DNA of 64,000 bases from contig CAVUZH010000022.1 in NCBI GenBank assembly GCA_963745835.1, positions 64,001-128,000 on the forward strand, given 5' to 3'. Each line of letters starts with the position of its first letter. The stretch's first letter is position 1. This DNA is from an uncultured delta proteobacterium (GTDB taxonomy: Bacteria > Desulfobacterota > Binatia > UBA9968). The notes beneath the pieces are model-generated. The model did not search any database and had not been told where the DNA came from. It saw only the letters and a program-made list of their open reading frames with translations. Shown here piece by piece: positions 48,974 through 59,118 of this stretch. A program made the position numbers and the translations under genes.

Positions 48974-49695
48974 ATCTCACCTCCGGAAAAGTTTGTAGCT
49001 AATGGTAAATTAGGACGAATCAGATGTCGGTACAAGATTTATTAGATTCGTCTGTTCGGGCTGCTGTTATCCGATGCGATCCAAGCGGCTCGAAGAATCA
49101 CTGGCCGGGCTCATTGGATTGCCGTCGATGCTCTAGCGTAGTGTCTCTTAACTTCACGTGATTTTGAAAACGTCATTCGGGCCAATGCGGAGAGACAGTT
49201 ACAATTGTTCCAATCGTTCCAGTCGTTTGATCGCTGCGCTCCGTTCAAGACGTTTTACCGAGACAGCAATCTAGCCTGCAGCTGAATCGGATCCGCGATC
49301 ATCGCCGGTATTTGCATCGGGTATTCGAAGCAAAGAAGCCGTTCGGTTTATCGGTGCGGCCTTCATGGTCCAAGCTCGAATCATCTAAAAATTTCTCTGA
49401 AAAGGAGATCTCAATGAAACGGAAAAACACTTTCGCGACGGCTCTCGTGCTGACGGGGAGCATCGGCTTTGGATTCTATACGCGACTGATAATCTAGGCT
49501 CAGTTACCGTTCGTTGACCCGTTAACGTTCTTCAGGCCCTAACACTGCACTTCTCGATTATGCAGCTCTCGAAATCTGATTTGAGTCAACTCAGGAGTGG
49601 TTTTGAGCTCTTGGTCGCTGTGTCGTGTTGCATGAGAGCTTGTCGTCGGCTATTTAAAAGCCTGCTTATTAGCTTCTTCTAGAGAGGAGATACTC

Positions 49696-50103
49696 ATGAA
49701 AGATATGAATCGAGCAAAAGAATATTTACCGGGGAGTGAAAGGCAAAGAAGCCGAGGATATTCACCGGCCGTTATAACAAGTGGAGGGAGAACTGTTTAC
49801 CTGGCAGGCCATGGTGGTTACAGCGATGAATCCGGCAAGACGTATCCAGGAGATTTTGACGCTCAGGTGCGAATTTGTTTCGAGCGCATCGGCGCAGTTC
49901 TCGCCAAAGTGGGCGGCACGCTGGACGACATTGTCTCGATGACTGTATTTATCGTTGATATGAAAAATGGCGACCGTTTTACAGAGCTGCGCAGAAGCAT
50001 TTTCTCCGAGGGCTATTATCCGGGAAGCGCTCTGATTGGGATCAAGGAGCTTGCACACCCTGAGATGATGCTCGAGATACAAGCGATTGCCGTGATCCAA
50101 TGA
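49696..50103 (+). CDS. RidA/YjgF family protein
   Basis: YSPAV, VYLAG, LEIQAIA. Confidence 0.88.
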   Translation: MKDMNRAKEYLPGSERQRSRGYSPAVITSGGRTVYLAGHGGYSDESGKTYPGDFDAQVRICFERIGAVLAKVGGTLDDIVSMTVFIVDMKNGDRFTELRRSIFSEGYYPGSALIGIKELAHPEMMLEIQAIAVIQ

Positions 50104-50125
50104 TGCGGGACGCTGATTTACGTTT

Positions 50126-51118
50126 TCAGCTCCGGCCGTAAAGCTTATCGAGGTAGCCGCTTTTCTTGAGCTCGTCGAGAAAGCGGAAGTCGACGAAGTC
50201 CTCCGGTCTGGCCTTCGCCGCCTTGGGATCGATCGTCGCCTGAATCTCGAGGATATTTTTGATTCCTTCCAGCGTAGGATACGTGTCTTCGACGAGAAGT
50301 TTGTTGAAGGAATCGTATCCCCCTTCCAGAGCAGGCCTGCTCATTCCTCGCGTATATTTCGCCATGATCTTGAGCACATCTTCCTTCCGAGTTCGATAAA
50401 AGTGCAGAGCATCCACCATTGCTCGAACCATGCCCCGAACTTCGGCGGGGTTTTCACGGATCATTTTTCCGGTCGCGATTGTACAAGTGAATTGAAATGG
50501 CAAATTCATTTTCGCCATGTCGACGATGACCTTCAGCCCGGCTTTTTCTCCCTCGACTTTTCCGGACCCCGTGACCACGGTGAAATCTAATTGGCCGGTC
50601 TTAACGGCGGCGATCCGGGGTGAAGAGCCTCCAACCATGACGGTCTTCACATCCTTGATATTGAGACCGGCAGTTTTGAGTCCAAGGCGAAATGCGAAAT
50701 CGGCCGCGGTTCCCGGAAGATGCACTGCCGCAGACCTCCCTCGCATGTCCTCCGGGGTTTTAATTTCGGGTTTTCCGATTATGTAATAAGGAAGGGTGTT
50801 GCCAAGGCTATTGATAATGGCAATGTCTCCACCCGCCAACTTTCCGTTGACCGCGGCGGTGCCTCCTGCAGAGGTAAATTGAATATCTCCAGCCATAAGG
50901 CTTTGTGTGGCCATCACACTGCTGCTGACGAATACCAACTCTATGTCCAGGCCATGTTTCTTAAAGAAGCCGGCATCTTGAGCTACCCAATACGGCGCTG
51001 AAGTATCGGCTGACTGGGAGATATAGGCCAGGTAAGACTTGGCTAATGCGTTCTGATGAGTCAGAACCACTGACACAAATGAGGCAATGATAACTACAGC
51101 AAAACCGATTTTCTTCAT
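50126..51118 (-). CDS. ABC substrate-binding protein, NMT1/SsuA family
   Basis: Signal peptide; GFFKKHGLDIEL, ARPEDFVD.RFLDEL..SGY. Confidence 0.87.
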   Translation of the reverse strand: MKKIGFAVVIIASFVSVVLTHQNALAKSYLAYISQSADTSAPYWVAQDAGFFKKHGLDIELVFVSSSVMATQSLMAGDIQFTSAGGTAAVNGKLAGGDIAIINSLGNTLPYYIIGKPEIKTPEDMRGRSAAVHLPGTAADFAFRLGLKTAGLNIKDVKTVMVGGSSPRIAAVKTGQLDFTVVTGSGKVEGEKAGLKVIVDMAKMNLPFQFTCTIATGKMIRENPAEVRGMVRAMVDALHFYRTRKEDVLKIMAKYTRGMSRPALEGGYDSFNKLLVEDTYPTLEGIKNILEIQATIDPKAAKARPEDFVDFRFLDELKKSGYLDKLYGRS

Positions 51119-51433
51119 TGAGTCTCCGGATCTCCGATTCAGTCAGATTATACTTGGCAAGATGGCATCTTCAGAATGAAACGTAGTGAAAGGAAATTAG
51201 CATTAGTTCTAAAACAATCCCTTTCATGGCAGAGGGCAAAATTCTTGTCAACGATTTGCATCGAGAAAGTTGTAGCAGAGACGACCGGGAACGCTGATGA
51301 TAAAGTATACCCGACACGCGAGCCTGTAATTTTGGACTGGCCTTCTTTTGCCGATGTCGTCTGATAGGTTATTTATTATCCGCAGCGCGAGCGGCATCCC
51401 ATTTTAAACTATGCCGGAAGGAAAGGAGCGGAA

Positions 51434-52336
51434 ATGAACTCTTCTGCCATGGAACTCGGGCCCATCGGAATCTGGACGGCGCAGTTTGACTATCAGCCTG
51501 CCGCCAAAGTCCGAGACGCTGCCGCGGAGCTCGAACAGCACGGGTTCGGAGCGATCTGGTTTCCCGAAAGTGTCGGCCGTGAATCGCTCACGAATGCAGC
51601 CATACTTCTGAGCGCGACCAGCCGACTAGTCGTGGCCACCGGCATTGCCAATATTTACGCTCGCGATCCGGTAACCACCGCTGCCGGACAGAATACTCTG
51701 GCTGAAGCTTACCCGGGACGGTTTCTGCTTGGTCTGGGTGTCAGCCACATTCCGCTTGTCGAACAGCTAAGAGGCCATACTTACGGCAAGCCTATCGCTT
51801 CTATGCGGGCATATCTGGAGGGAATGGATCGCGCTCCCTACCGCGCCGTTGCTCCCAGTATCAAACCCATTAGAGTGTTGGCAGCACTGGGCCCTCAAAT
51901 GCTACGGCTGGCGGCCGAGCGAGCCGACGGTGCTCATTCGTATTTCGTCCCTCCCGAACACACCGCGCGCGCCCGTGAGATTCTGGGCAGCGATCGGCTT
52001 TTGGCTGTAGAACAGGCCGTCGTACTTGAAACCGATGCAATCAAAGCGCGAGAGATCGCGCGAGCGCATACCTCCAGGTATCTCGCCTTACCTAATTACG
52101 TGAATAATTTGCGCAGCCTCGGATTTGCCGACGCGGACCTGACCGACAGCGGCAACGACCGATTGGTTGACGCCATCGTCGCCTGGGGTGATTTAGCTAC
52201 TGTTACCGATCGGATTCGCGCGCATCAGTCCGCGGGCGCTAGCCACGTTTGCGTTCAGGTGCTTCCCGCGGATCCCCAGGCGCTGCCACTTCGGGAGTGG
52301 CGTGAACTCGCAGCGGCACTGCTGACCAAAAGGTGA
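51434..52336 (+). CDS. LLM-class, probably F420-dependent, oxidoreductase
   Basis: VATGIANIYAR, GRFLLGLGVSH, LAALGPQML, LAVEQ, YLALPNY. Confidence 0.88.
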   Translation: MNSSAMELGPIGIWTAQFDYQPAAKVRDAAAELEQHGFGAIWFPESVGRESLTNAAILLSATSRLVVATGIANIYARDPVTTAAGQNTLAEAYPGRFLLGLGVSHIPLVEQLRGHTYGKPIASMRAYLEGMDRAPYRAVAPSIKPIRVLAALGPQMLRLAAERADGAHSYFVPPEHTARAREILGSDRLLAVEQAVVLETDAIKAREIARAHTSRYLALPNYVNNLRSLGFADADLTDSGNDRLVDAIVAWGDLATVTDRIRAHQSAGASHVCVQVLPADPQALPLREWRELAAALLTKR

Positions 52337-52624
52337 AATGGTTCGGCTGGTTTGAGCCGGGGAAAGCAGTAGGCCGAGATACGGGTTGAGAGTAAAGCCT
52401 GACTTCTCCCTTTTTCTCTTTCCTCGTACCCTTACCTCGACACCACACACTAGATTCAAAGAATACGCAAAAAAAATCTGACCGCCTACGGCGCTCTTAG
52501 CTGTCTACGTTTGTGGTTATCAAAACTGGACATTAGATTTGGGTTGGAGTAATGACTGGGTGATTCCAACTCCGGTGTTCATGTTCTCTACGCTTGCTAA
52601 AAAGCACAAGAGGGGCGCCGAACC

Positions 52625-53266
52625 ATGGCGAACGACCAAGCGATACGACGCTATCCCGTACCGGGCACGATCGTTAGAGAATGGATCATCCCTGCTAAAG
52701 AGTACTCTGCTTTTACGATGAGCCGCGGGCAGATTCTGCGGTTCGTGGATATCGAAGGCAAACAGGTGCCGGATCTGGTTTGCTTCAACAAATCGGATCT
52801 GACGGAAGACATCAACCTGGGCAACACTCTGCTACTGAACAAGCGGCGCGAGCTGCGCCAGGGAGACGTACTCTATTCGGTCATCTGCAGTCCGATGATG
52901 ACCATCTGTGGCTACTCCAACGAAGAAAGCTACGCCTACGGCCCCATGTGCAGCGAAGAGCTGAACCGCATCCGCTACGGCGTGCCCGGAACGCGCAACT
53001 GCCGTGACAACTTCGCCATGGCGCTCGCTCCCCACAAGTTCGACCGGCGACAAATTCCCAACGCCTTCGTCCCGTTCATGCGGGTGGAGGTCGAGGCTAA
53101 CGGATCGATGGAAATCAAAGAGCCGACCAGCCGCGCGGGCGACTTCTACGATCTCAGAGCAGAAATGGACCTGCTGGTGGCAGTGTCTAACTGCCCGCAG
53201 GAGCGCAACCCCTGCAACGGTTTCAATCCCACACCGACGGGCATCATCATCTATGAAGCCGGTTAG
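52625..53266 (+). CDS. DUF1989 / urea carboxylase-associated family protein
   Basis: D.EG.QV.D, C..E, NC.DN, AEMDLLVAVSNCPQ..NPCNG. Confidence 0.88.
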   Translation: MANDQAIRRYPVPGTIVREWIIPAKEYSAFTMSRGQILRFVDIEGKQVPDLVCFNKSDLTEDINLGNTLLLNKRRELRQGDVLYSVICSPMMTICGYSNEESYAYGPMCSEELNRIRYGVPGTRNCRDNFAMALAPHKFDRRQIPNAFVPFMRVEVEANGSMEIKEPTSRAGDFYDLRAEMDLLVAVSNCPQERNPCNGFNPTPTGIIIYEAG

Positions 53267-53300
53267 AGGCAAAGTACCGCATATCCCGTGTTAGGAGACA

Positions 53301-54332
53301 ATGATGAAACTCATTGGGGCGCAGCTAAAGACAGCCTCTTTACTGGCTTTGCTTAGTGCCATTGGCGGCCTGAGTTTCTCCCCGGTCTATCTGAGTGCCG
53401 CTGAGAAAGCCAAAGAGACTCCGGTTACCATCCGGCTCGATTTTATCGTCGGAGGAAACCATGCGCCGTGGTTCGTTGCCTGGGAGAAAGGCTTTTACGC
53501 CAAGCGCGGCCTGAATGTCACCATTCAGCCCGGAACAGGTTCAGCGGATACGATCCGCACTATAGCTGCGGGCGGGGCTGACGTTGGGTTCGCCAATGTT
53601 TCAACTGCCATAGTCGGCCGATCCCGAGGCGCGCCTATTGTCTCCGTTGCCCAGCTCGGCTACATAGCCGTCACGGTTCTCTGGCGCGACGAAACCGACA
53701 TTAAGTTTCTCAAAGATCTGGAGAGAAAATCTTGGGCCATTAGCCCTGGACAGGCGCAATGGTTTCTGCTGCCGGCGCTTGCCAGGATCAACAACTTAGA
53801 TTTCAAGTCGATCAAGATCGAGGAGACCGCACCGCCTCTTCAGCCGGCGGCTTTGCTTGCCAAGAAAGCGGACTTCATCACGATGTTCCGCGCCTCGAAC
53901 GATGAAGTGGCCGAGATGACTGCGGCTAAACAAGGGATTCGACTAAAACGAATCCACATGCGCGATGCCGGCCTCGATATCTACGGTAGCGCTCTCGTAG
54001 TCAAGGAAGAGGATATCAAACGCCGGCCCGAAATGATTCGCGCCTATGTCGAGGGAACCATGGAGGGTCTAAGATACACTCGCGATCACCAGGAAGAGGC
54101 GCTGAGAATCCTATTGAAGCTCAAACCAGAGCTGGATAAGGAGCTGACAAGACTACAAATCAAAAACGGGGTGGAGGAAGTATTCATTCCGGCGGAATCG
54201 CTGGCGTCGGGATACGGTTATATGAAGCCTGATGTGATGGAAAAGACTGTCAAGATCACCAACGAGTTTTTTGACGTCGCCGGAAAGGTCTCAACCGGCG
54301 GTGTTTACAGTAATCAGTTTATCGGAAAGTAA
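53301..54332 (+). CDS. ABC substrate-binding protein, NMT1/THI5 family
   Basis: LDF...G.HAP..VA.EKGFY, GTGS, YSNQF. Confidence 0.87.
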   Translation: MMKLIGAQLKTASLLALLSAIGGLSFSPVYLSAAEKAKETPVTIRLDFIVGGNHAPWFVAWEKGFYAKRGLNVTIQPGTGSADTIRTIAAGGADVGFANVSTAIVGRSRGAPIVSVAQLGYIAVTVLWRDETDIKFLKDLERKSWAISPGQAQWFLLPALARINNLDFKSIKIEETAPPLQPAALLAKKADFITMFRASNDEVAEMTAAKQGIRLKRIHMRDAGLDIYGSALVVKEEDIKRRPEMIRAYVEGTMEGLRYTRDHQEEALRILLKLKPELDKELTRLQIKNGVEEVFIPAESLASGYGYMKPDVMEKTVKITNEFFDVAGKVSTGGVYSNQFIGK

Positions 54333-54358
54333 GACGTGCGGGCATGCCAGCATTGCGC

Positions 54359-55297
54359 TCAACTCGCTTCCGCGACGCCGGCTGCGCGCCGGTAATGAGA
54401 TAGATCGATGTATTTCTCCACCGGCGGGAAAGGCGGCTGCAGATAGCCCATCTCAGCCCGTAACGTCAGAACAGCGGCCAGCCCGGGAATATTGAGTTTA
54501 GCATCGGGGTAGAGACCTCGGTCAGGCTCTAAAAGCGTTCCTAATGTATTTTCCGCCCGCTTCTCGTCGAGGCCGCTATGTTTTTTGAGCAGATCCAAAC
54601 AAGCGCGCCGATTCGACGGATTGAAACACCAGCGTGTCGCTGCCAGATAAGCTCTGATGTATCGCACTAAGACCTCGTTGTGATCTCTCGCCCAGGCCTT
54701 TCGCGCGGCGCCGCAGGTCGCTTGATAGACAGGTAGAATCTGGTCGCCGCGGGCCAAGAGATGACAGCCGGATGCCAAAGCATCCGCCACAAAAGGCGAG
54801 GTCAGCAAAGTCGCTGCGATTTGCTTATCCAGCAGAGCGCGGTAGCGGAACTCCCAACCACCGATCTCGACCAGGCTGTAATCCGCGAGTCCGAATCCCT
54901 TAGACCGAAGAAACTTTTCCAACAAGAAGACGAAACCCGTGCGTCTGGAATCCACGCCAAGTAATTTGCCCCGAAGAGACTCGACGTCAGGATATTCCGG
55001 CGCGGTAATCAGGCTTAAGAGACCGCTATGGAGTCCCATAAAGAGAAATAGATCGATTTCGCTATCGTGCTTATGAGGTTCGCTTTCAACCGCCGCCACA
55101 AGATCATCGGCTGCGGGGTGGGCTATTTCGCATTTGCCGGTCTGGAGCGATTCGATGAGGTAATCGGAACCAGGAGTGTAGGCGATCTCAACTTCAAGAT
55201 CATGCGTGGCAAAGATGCCGTGCTCTACCGCCGCGTGAACCGGCAGATTATAGCCGGCGCGAAACTGAAGCAGTCGCAGATGGTCCAATCCTGCCAT
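54359..55297 (-). CDS. NMT1/SsuA-fold protein without an evident signal peptide
   Basis: GIFATHDLEV, LRGKLLGVD..TGF, KYIDLS; N-terminus MAGLDHLRLLQF. Confidence 0.8.
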   Translation of the reverse strand: MAGLDHLRLLQFRAGYNLPVHAAVEHGIFATHDLEVEIAYTPGSDYLIESLQTGKCEIAHPAADDLVAAVESEPHKHDSEIDLFLFMGLHSGLLSLITAPEYPDVESLRGKLLGVDSRRTGFVFLLEKFLRSKGFGLADYSLVEIGGWEFRYRALLDKQIAATLLTSPFVADALASGCHLLARGDQILPVYQATCGAARKAWARDHNEVLVRYIRAYLAATRWCFNPSNRRACLDLLKKHSGLDEKRAENTLGTLLEPDRGLYPDAKLNIPGLAAVLTLRAEMGYLQPPFPPVEKYIDLSHYRRAAGVAEAS

Positions 55298-55323
55298 TGA
55301 ATCCTCCGTCCTCAGTCGTATCA

Positions 55324-55487
55324 CAGGTTGCTGAAAAAGATCACAACTATGCTTAGAACAGTTAACCTAACCTAAAGCCTAACGCGATTACTGATGCTCA
55401 TTCGAAATCGATTGTGACTGCCGCTTGGCTGACTCGTGACGATAATTCGGCGCGGCCTCATCGCGCTGGATCTTTTTGAGCAACCTG
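55324..55487. repeat. MITE with 19-bp inverted ends (same TIR family as A, different interior)
   Basis: caggttgctgaaaaagatc and gatctttttgagcaacctg (18/19 match). Confidence 0.8.
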
Positions 55488-55934
55488 CAAATAGGGCGAC
55501 GGTTTCAATTCGCACCCCATTTGCTTCATGCTTCCAGGAAAAACAAAGATAGAGTGTTGCCCCAGGAGTGCGCCTCGGATGGGAGCGGGCACATGAACGT
55601 AAAGCTGCGCCGAGGTGGAATCGACTTGGCAAGAAGTTTAATCGGGGTTCTCAACTCCTACTCGTACACGTAACACACTTAGGTTTGAAGGCCATCCTCA
55701 AAGTACAAAGGGCCAATGCTCGCGACTGGAGAGGATCGCTCCTCGGGCGCTCTTTGTGAAAAACTCACCCTTGCCGCAATCCGCTTTATCCTTGACACAA
55801 TTAGTACCTTTCGATAATCAAAACCCCAGCGTAGGTCCGTATCGGTGCGAGACCGTTCGTCGGCCGGGCGCACAGCAAAAAGCAAACGGTTGTAACGATA
55901 TTCCGCCGGCTCCTGAAGTCGTTTAGCGGTAAAA

Positions 55935-56720
55935 ATGGAGAACCGTCCGTCTAACGGTACGCCTTCCATCAAATGGTCGGCGCTATTTTTCCTCTCTATT
56001 CTAGTTCTCTGGCAGTTAACTCTCCCGCTGCTGAACATCCCGTCGTATCTACTTCCAACGCCATTGGAAATCTTCGCCGAATTTCAAAAGCGCGGCGGTT
56101 TTATTTTCGCGCACTTTCTACCAACTTTTTACGAGACCATGCTAGGTTTTTTGATTGGCGCATTGGTCGGAGTCGTCTCCGCCCTGGGGATAGTCTACTC
56201 GAGAATACTCTGGATCACGATCTATCCATCGCTGGTCGTTATTGGGTCCGTGCCGCGAATTGCCATCGCTCCGCTCATTTTGATTTGGCTCGGCATCGAC
56301 TCCATTTGGTCCAAGGTCACCATTGCCTTTCTCGTGGCCTTTTTCCCCATGGTGGTCAATTCCGTCGTGGGATTTTCACAGATTGAAGGCGATATGTTGG
56401 ACCTGGCCAAGACCATGGGAATGAAACCTTGGACTGAGTTCAGAAAGATTCGTCTGCCAAACTCGATTCCTTATCTATTTGCCGGCTTCAAAGCCTCCAT
56501 TGCTCTAGCGGTGATCGGCGCCGTGGTCGCCGAGTTCGTCTCAGGCCAACAAGGTCTCGGCTATGTGATCATCATCGGCAACAACAACCTCAATGCCGCG
56601 CTCATATTCGCGGCGATCACGCTCCTTTCGATCATGTCGCTGGGCCTCTTCGGAATCATCGTCGGTCTGGAAAAGGTGCTCATGCCCTGGCGCCGCGGCA
56701 TCTATCCGACAGAACTTTGA
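55935..56720 (+). CDS. ABC permease, SsuC/TauC family
   Basis: LLPTP, VPRIAIAPL, IRLPNS.P, GAVVAEF. Confidence 0.92.
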   Translation: MENRPSNGTPSIKWSALFFLSILVLWQLTLPLLNIPSYLLPTPLEIFAEFQKRGGFIFAHFLPTFYETMLGFLIGALVGVVSALGIVYSRILWITIYPSLVVIGSVPRIAIAPLILIWLGIDSIWSKVTIAFLVAFFPMVVNSVVGFSQIEGDMLDLAKTMGMKPWTEFRKIRLPNSIPYLFAGFKASIALAVIGAVVAEFVSGQQGLGYVIIIGNNNLNAALIFAAITLLSIMSLGLFGIIVGLEKVLMPWRRGIYPTEL

Positions 56721-56762
56721 GCGGCTCTCAATCGAAGTAGAACCTGAACACGGAGGACAATC

Positions 56763-57776
56763 ATGAAAACAAAAATGATAACCCTGGCAGCGGTGTTTCT
56801 GCTCAGCGGGAGCATTGTTTTCGGCAATGGTTCCACGGCCATGGCGGCGGACGCGATAAAGGTTCAGTTGGATTGGATCATCGAAGGAAAGCACGTGCCT
56901 TTCTACGTGGCGCGTGACAGGGGTTTTTTTAAAAAGAATAATCTCGAGGCGACCCTGCTCGAGGGCAAAGGCTCGGCCAACTCTGCGACCTTTGTCGACG
57001 TGGGTCAGGCCGATTACAGTTACGGCGACCTTCTCACCGCGGTCCAAGTCATGTCCAAGGGCGCGAAGAATCGCGCCATCGGCATCGGCATGGCGTTCAA
57101 CGGAGGCGGGCTGATTTTCTTGGAAAGCTCGAAAATCAAAACCGCCAAAGATCTCGAAGGCAAAAGTTTCGGCACTAACCCGAGCGATTTCGCCTATGTC
57201 CTGCTGCCCGCCGTTGCCGGCGCCGCGAAATTTGATGCTGGCAAAGTCGTCATCAAGACCATGGAACCCGCTGTACGCACGCCCGCCTTATTCGAAGGAA
57301 AAATAGATTTCATGTCGGGGACCAATGGTTCGAGTATTCAAAGGATGGCGATTCTGGGAAAGAAGCAGGGAAAACAAATCAAGTACCTGTTCTTTAAAGA
57401 CATGGGGCTGGAGACTTACGGCCATGTGCTGCAGGTCCGTGAGGATCGCATCAAAAACAATCCGGATCAGGTCAAAAGGTTTGTCTCGGCGGTTTTCGAC
57501 GCCTGGGCATGGTCGCTTAAAAATCCCAAGGAAGCCTTTGAGATCTTCATGAAGGCCAATCCGCAAAATGATCGCGATATAAGCTTGGCCCAAATGGAAG
57601 CCGGACTCGATGACGTCGTCGACCCGGAGACCAAAGAGCGCGGGCTTGGCTTCATGACAGACGCGATGATGAAAAAGTCGGTCGATATCGCAAACAAATA
57701 CTTTGAGTTGTCGCCGGCGGTTGACTACAAATCGACGTACACGAATCAATTCATTGGGAAAAATCCCGGCATGTAG
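56763..57776 (+). CDS. ABC substrate-binding protein, NMT1/THI5 family
   Basis: LDW...GKH.PFYVA, EGKGS, YTNQF. Confidence 0.9.
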   Translation: MKTKMITLAAVFLLSGSIVFGNGSTAMAADAIKVQLDWIIEGKHVPFYVARDRGFFKKNNLEATLLEGKGSANSATFVDVGQADYSYGDLLTAVQVMSKGAKNRAIGIGMAFNGGGLIFLESSKIKTAKDLEGKSFGTNPSDFAYVLLPAVAGAAKFDAGKVVIKTMEPAVRTPALFEGKIDFMSGTNGSSIQRMAILGKKQGKQIKYLFFKDMGLETYGHVLQVREDRIKNNPDQVKRFVSAVFDAWAWSLKNPKEAFEIFMKANPQNDRDISLAQMEAGLDDVVDPETKERGLGFMTDAMMKKSVDIANKYFELSPAVDYKSTYTNQFIGKNPGM

Positions 57777-57784
57777 GAACCGGA

Positions 57785-58543
57785 TTGGCCAGCCTCATCG
57801 AATACGAGCGAGTCCGCAAGATTTACAACTCAGGCAACGATGAGGTGATCGCGCTTGAAGAAGTTTCCTTTGGCGTGGAGCCGGAAGAATTCGTTACGGT
57901 GGTTGGGCGCAGCGGGTGTGGTAAAAGCACACTGCTTAAGATCACCGCAGGACTTTTGCCCGCAACCGGCGGAGAGGTTCGCGTCGCCGGCATTGCCGTC
58001 AAAAGTCCGCTGACCAACATCGGCGTCGTCTTCCAATCGCCGGTTCTGTTGGCGTGGCGCAAAGCCCTCGATAACGTGCTGCTGCAAATTGAAGCGCGGG
58101 GCTTGGACGTTGATGCCTACAGAGAAAGAGCGCTCGAGCTTTTGGAACTTACCGGATTGCGCGGTTTCGAGAACAAGTATCCCAATGAGCTTTCAGGCGG
58201 CATGCAGCAGCGGGTCTCGATCAGCCGCGCTCTCATCCACGAGCCGCCGTTGCTGCTGATGGACGAGCCGTTCGGCGCGCTCGATGCCATTACTCGTGAC
58301 GAGATGAATCTGGAACTGCTGAGGATCTGGAGCGAGTCAAAGAAGACCGTGCTTTTTATCACGCACAGCATTCCCGAAGCCGTCTTTCTGGGGGATCGCG
58401 TAGTAGTGATGACGCCGCGCCCGGGCAAAGTCGCTGACATTATGACTATCGACTTGCCGCGCCCCCGCACCACGGCTTTGCGCGACGATCAAAAATTCAT
58501 CGGTTATGTGAGAAAAATCCGCGAGCGTCTCGGCGTGCAATGA
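57785..58543 (+). CDS. ABC ATPase, SsuB/TauB family
   Basis: GRSGCGKS, LSGGMQQR, LMDEPFGALD, ITH. Confidence 0.95.
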   Translation: MASLIEYERVRKIYNSGNDEVIALEEVSFGVEPEEFVTVVGRSGCGKSTLLKITAGLLPATGGEVRVAGIAVKSPLTNIGVVFQSPVLLAWRKALDNVLLQIEARGLDVDAYRERALELLELTGLRGFENKYPNELSGGMQQRVSISRALIHEPPLLLMDEPFGALDAITRDEMNLELLRIWSESKKTVLFITHSIPEAVFLGDRVVVMTPRPGKVADIMTIDLPRPRTTALRDDQKFIGYVRKIRERLGVQ

Positions 58544-59118
58544 TTCGAAAGGAGCGACGGCCGCCTGCAGAGTTCAATTCGTTCAAGTAGTTTAAATCGT
58601 TCAACACGTTTTGAATCGGATTCCGCAATAGAGATTGACATCGTCTGCTCATCAAGGGGTGAGCCTGGAGGAGCGCAGGCACAGAAGCGAACACTTTCAA
58701 TTTATTTCTGGTGTTTGGCTGATCGCCGCTATTTTTTTTGAGGCGGCCACTGCAAAATGGAGACTGCGGATGAGCCACAGACTCATTGCCTCCGTTCCGG
58801 AACGCTCATCCCTTGATGCTGCGTCGCTTTGAACTGAGGAAATCCGACTTGATTCGTACAAGTCGTGCAAAATGTTTTTGAACGCGGATTGCGCAAGGTG
58901 GAGCGAAGAGGCAACCCTTCCGGCCGCAGGTGATGGGCCTCTGACTCCAAGGCCGCCCGCACCCCCACAAGGGTGCTCATTCCAACTGTCAGGACCTGGC
59001 ATCACCGCACGATCTCACGCCTGCGGCCTCCAGGCTCGCCCCTTCGCTCATCGAAGCTCACCCGTGGAGCAGTCCCCGTGTCATGGCTTCTACTCGGAGC
59101 ATCAGTAAAGCGGGTCGG

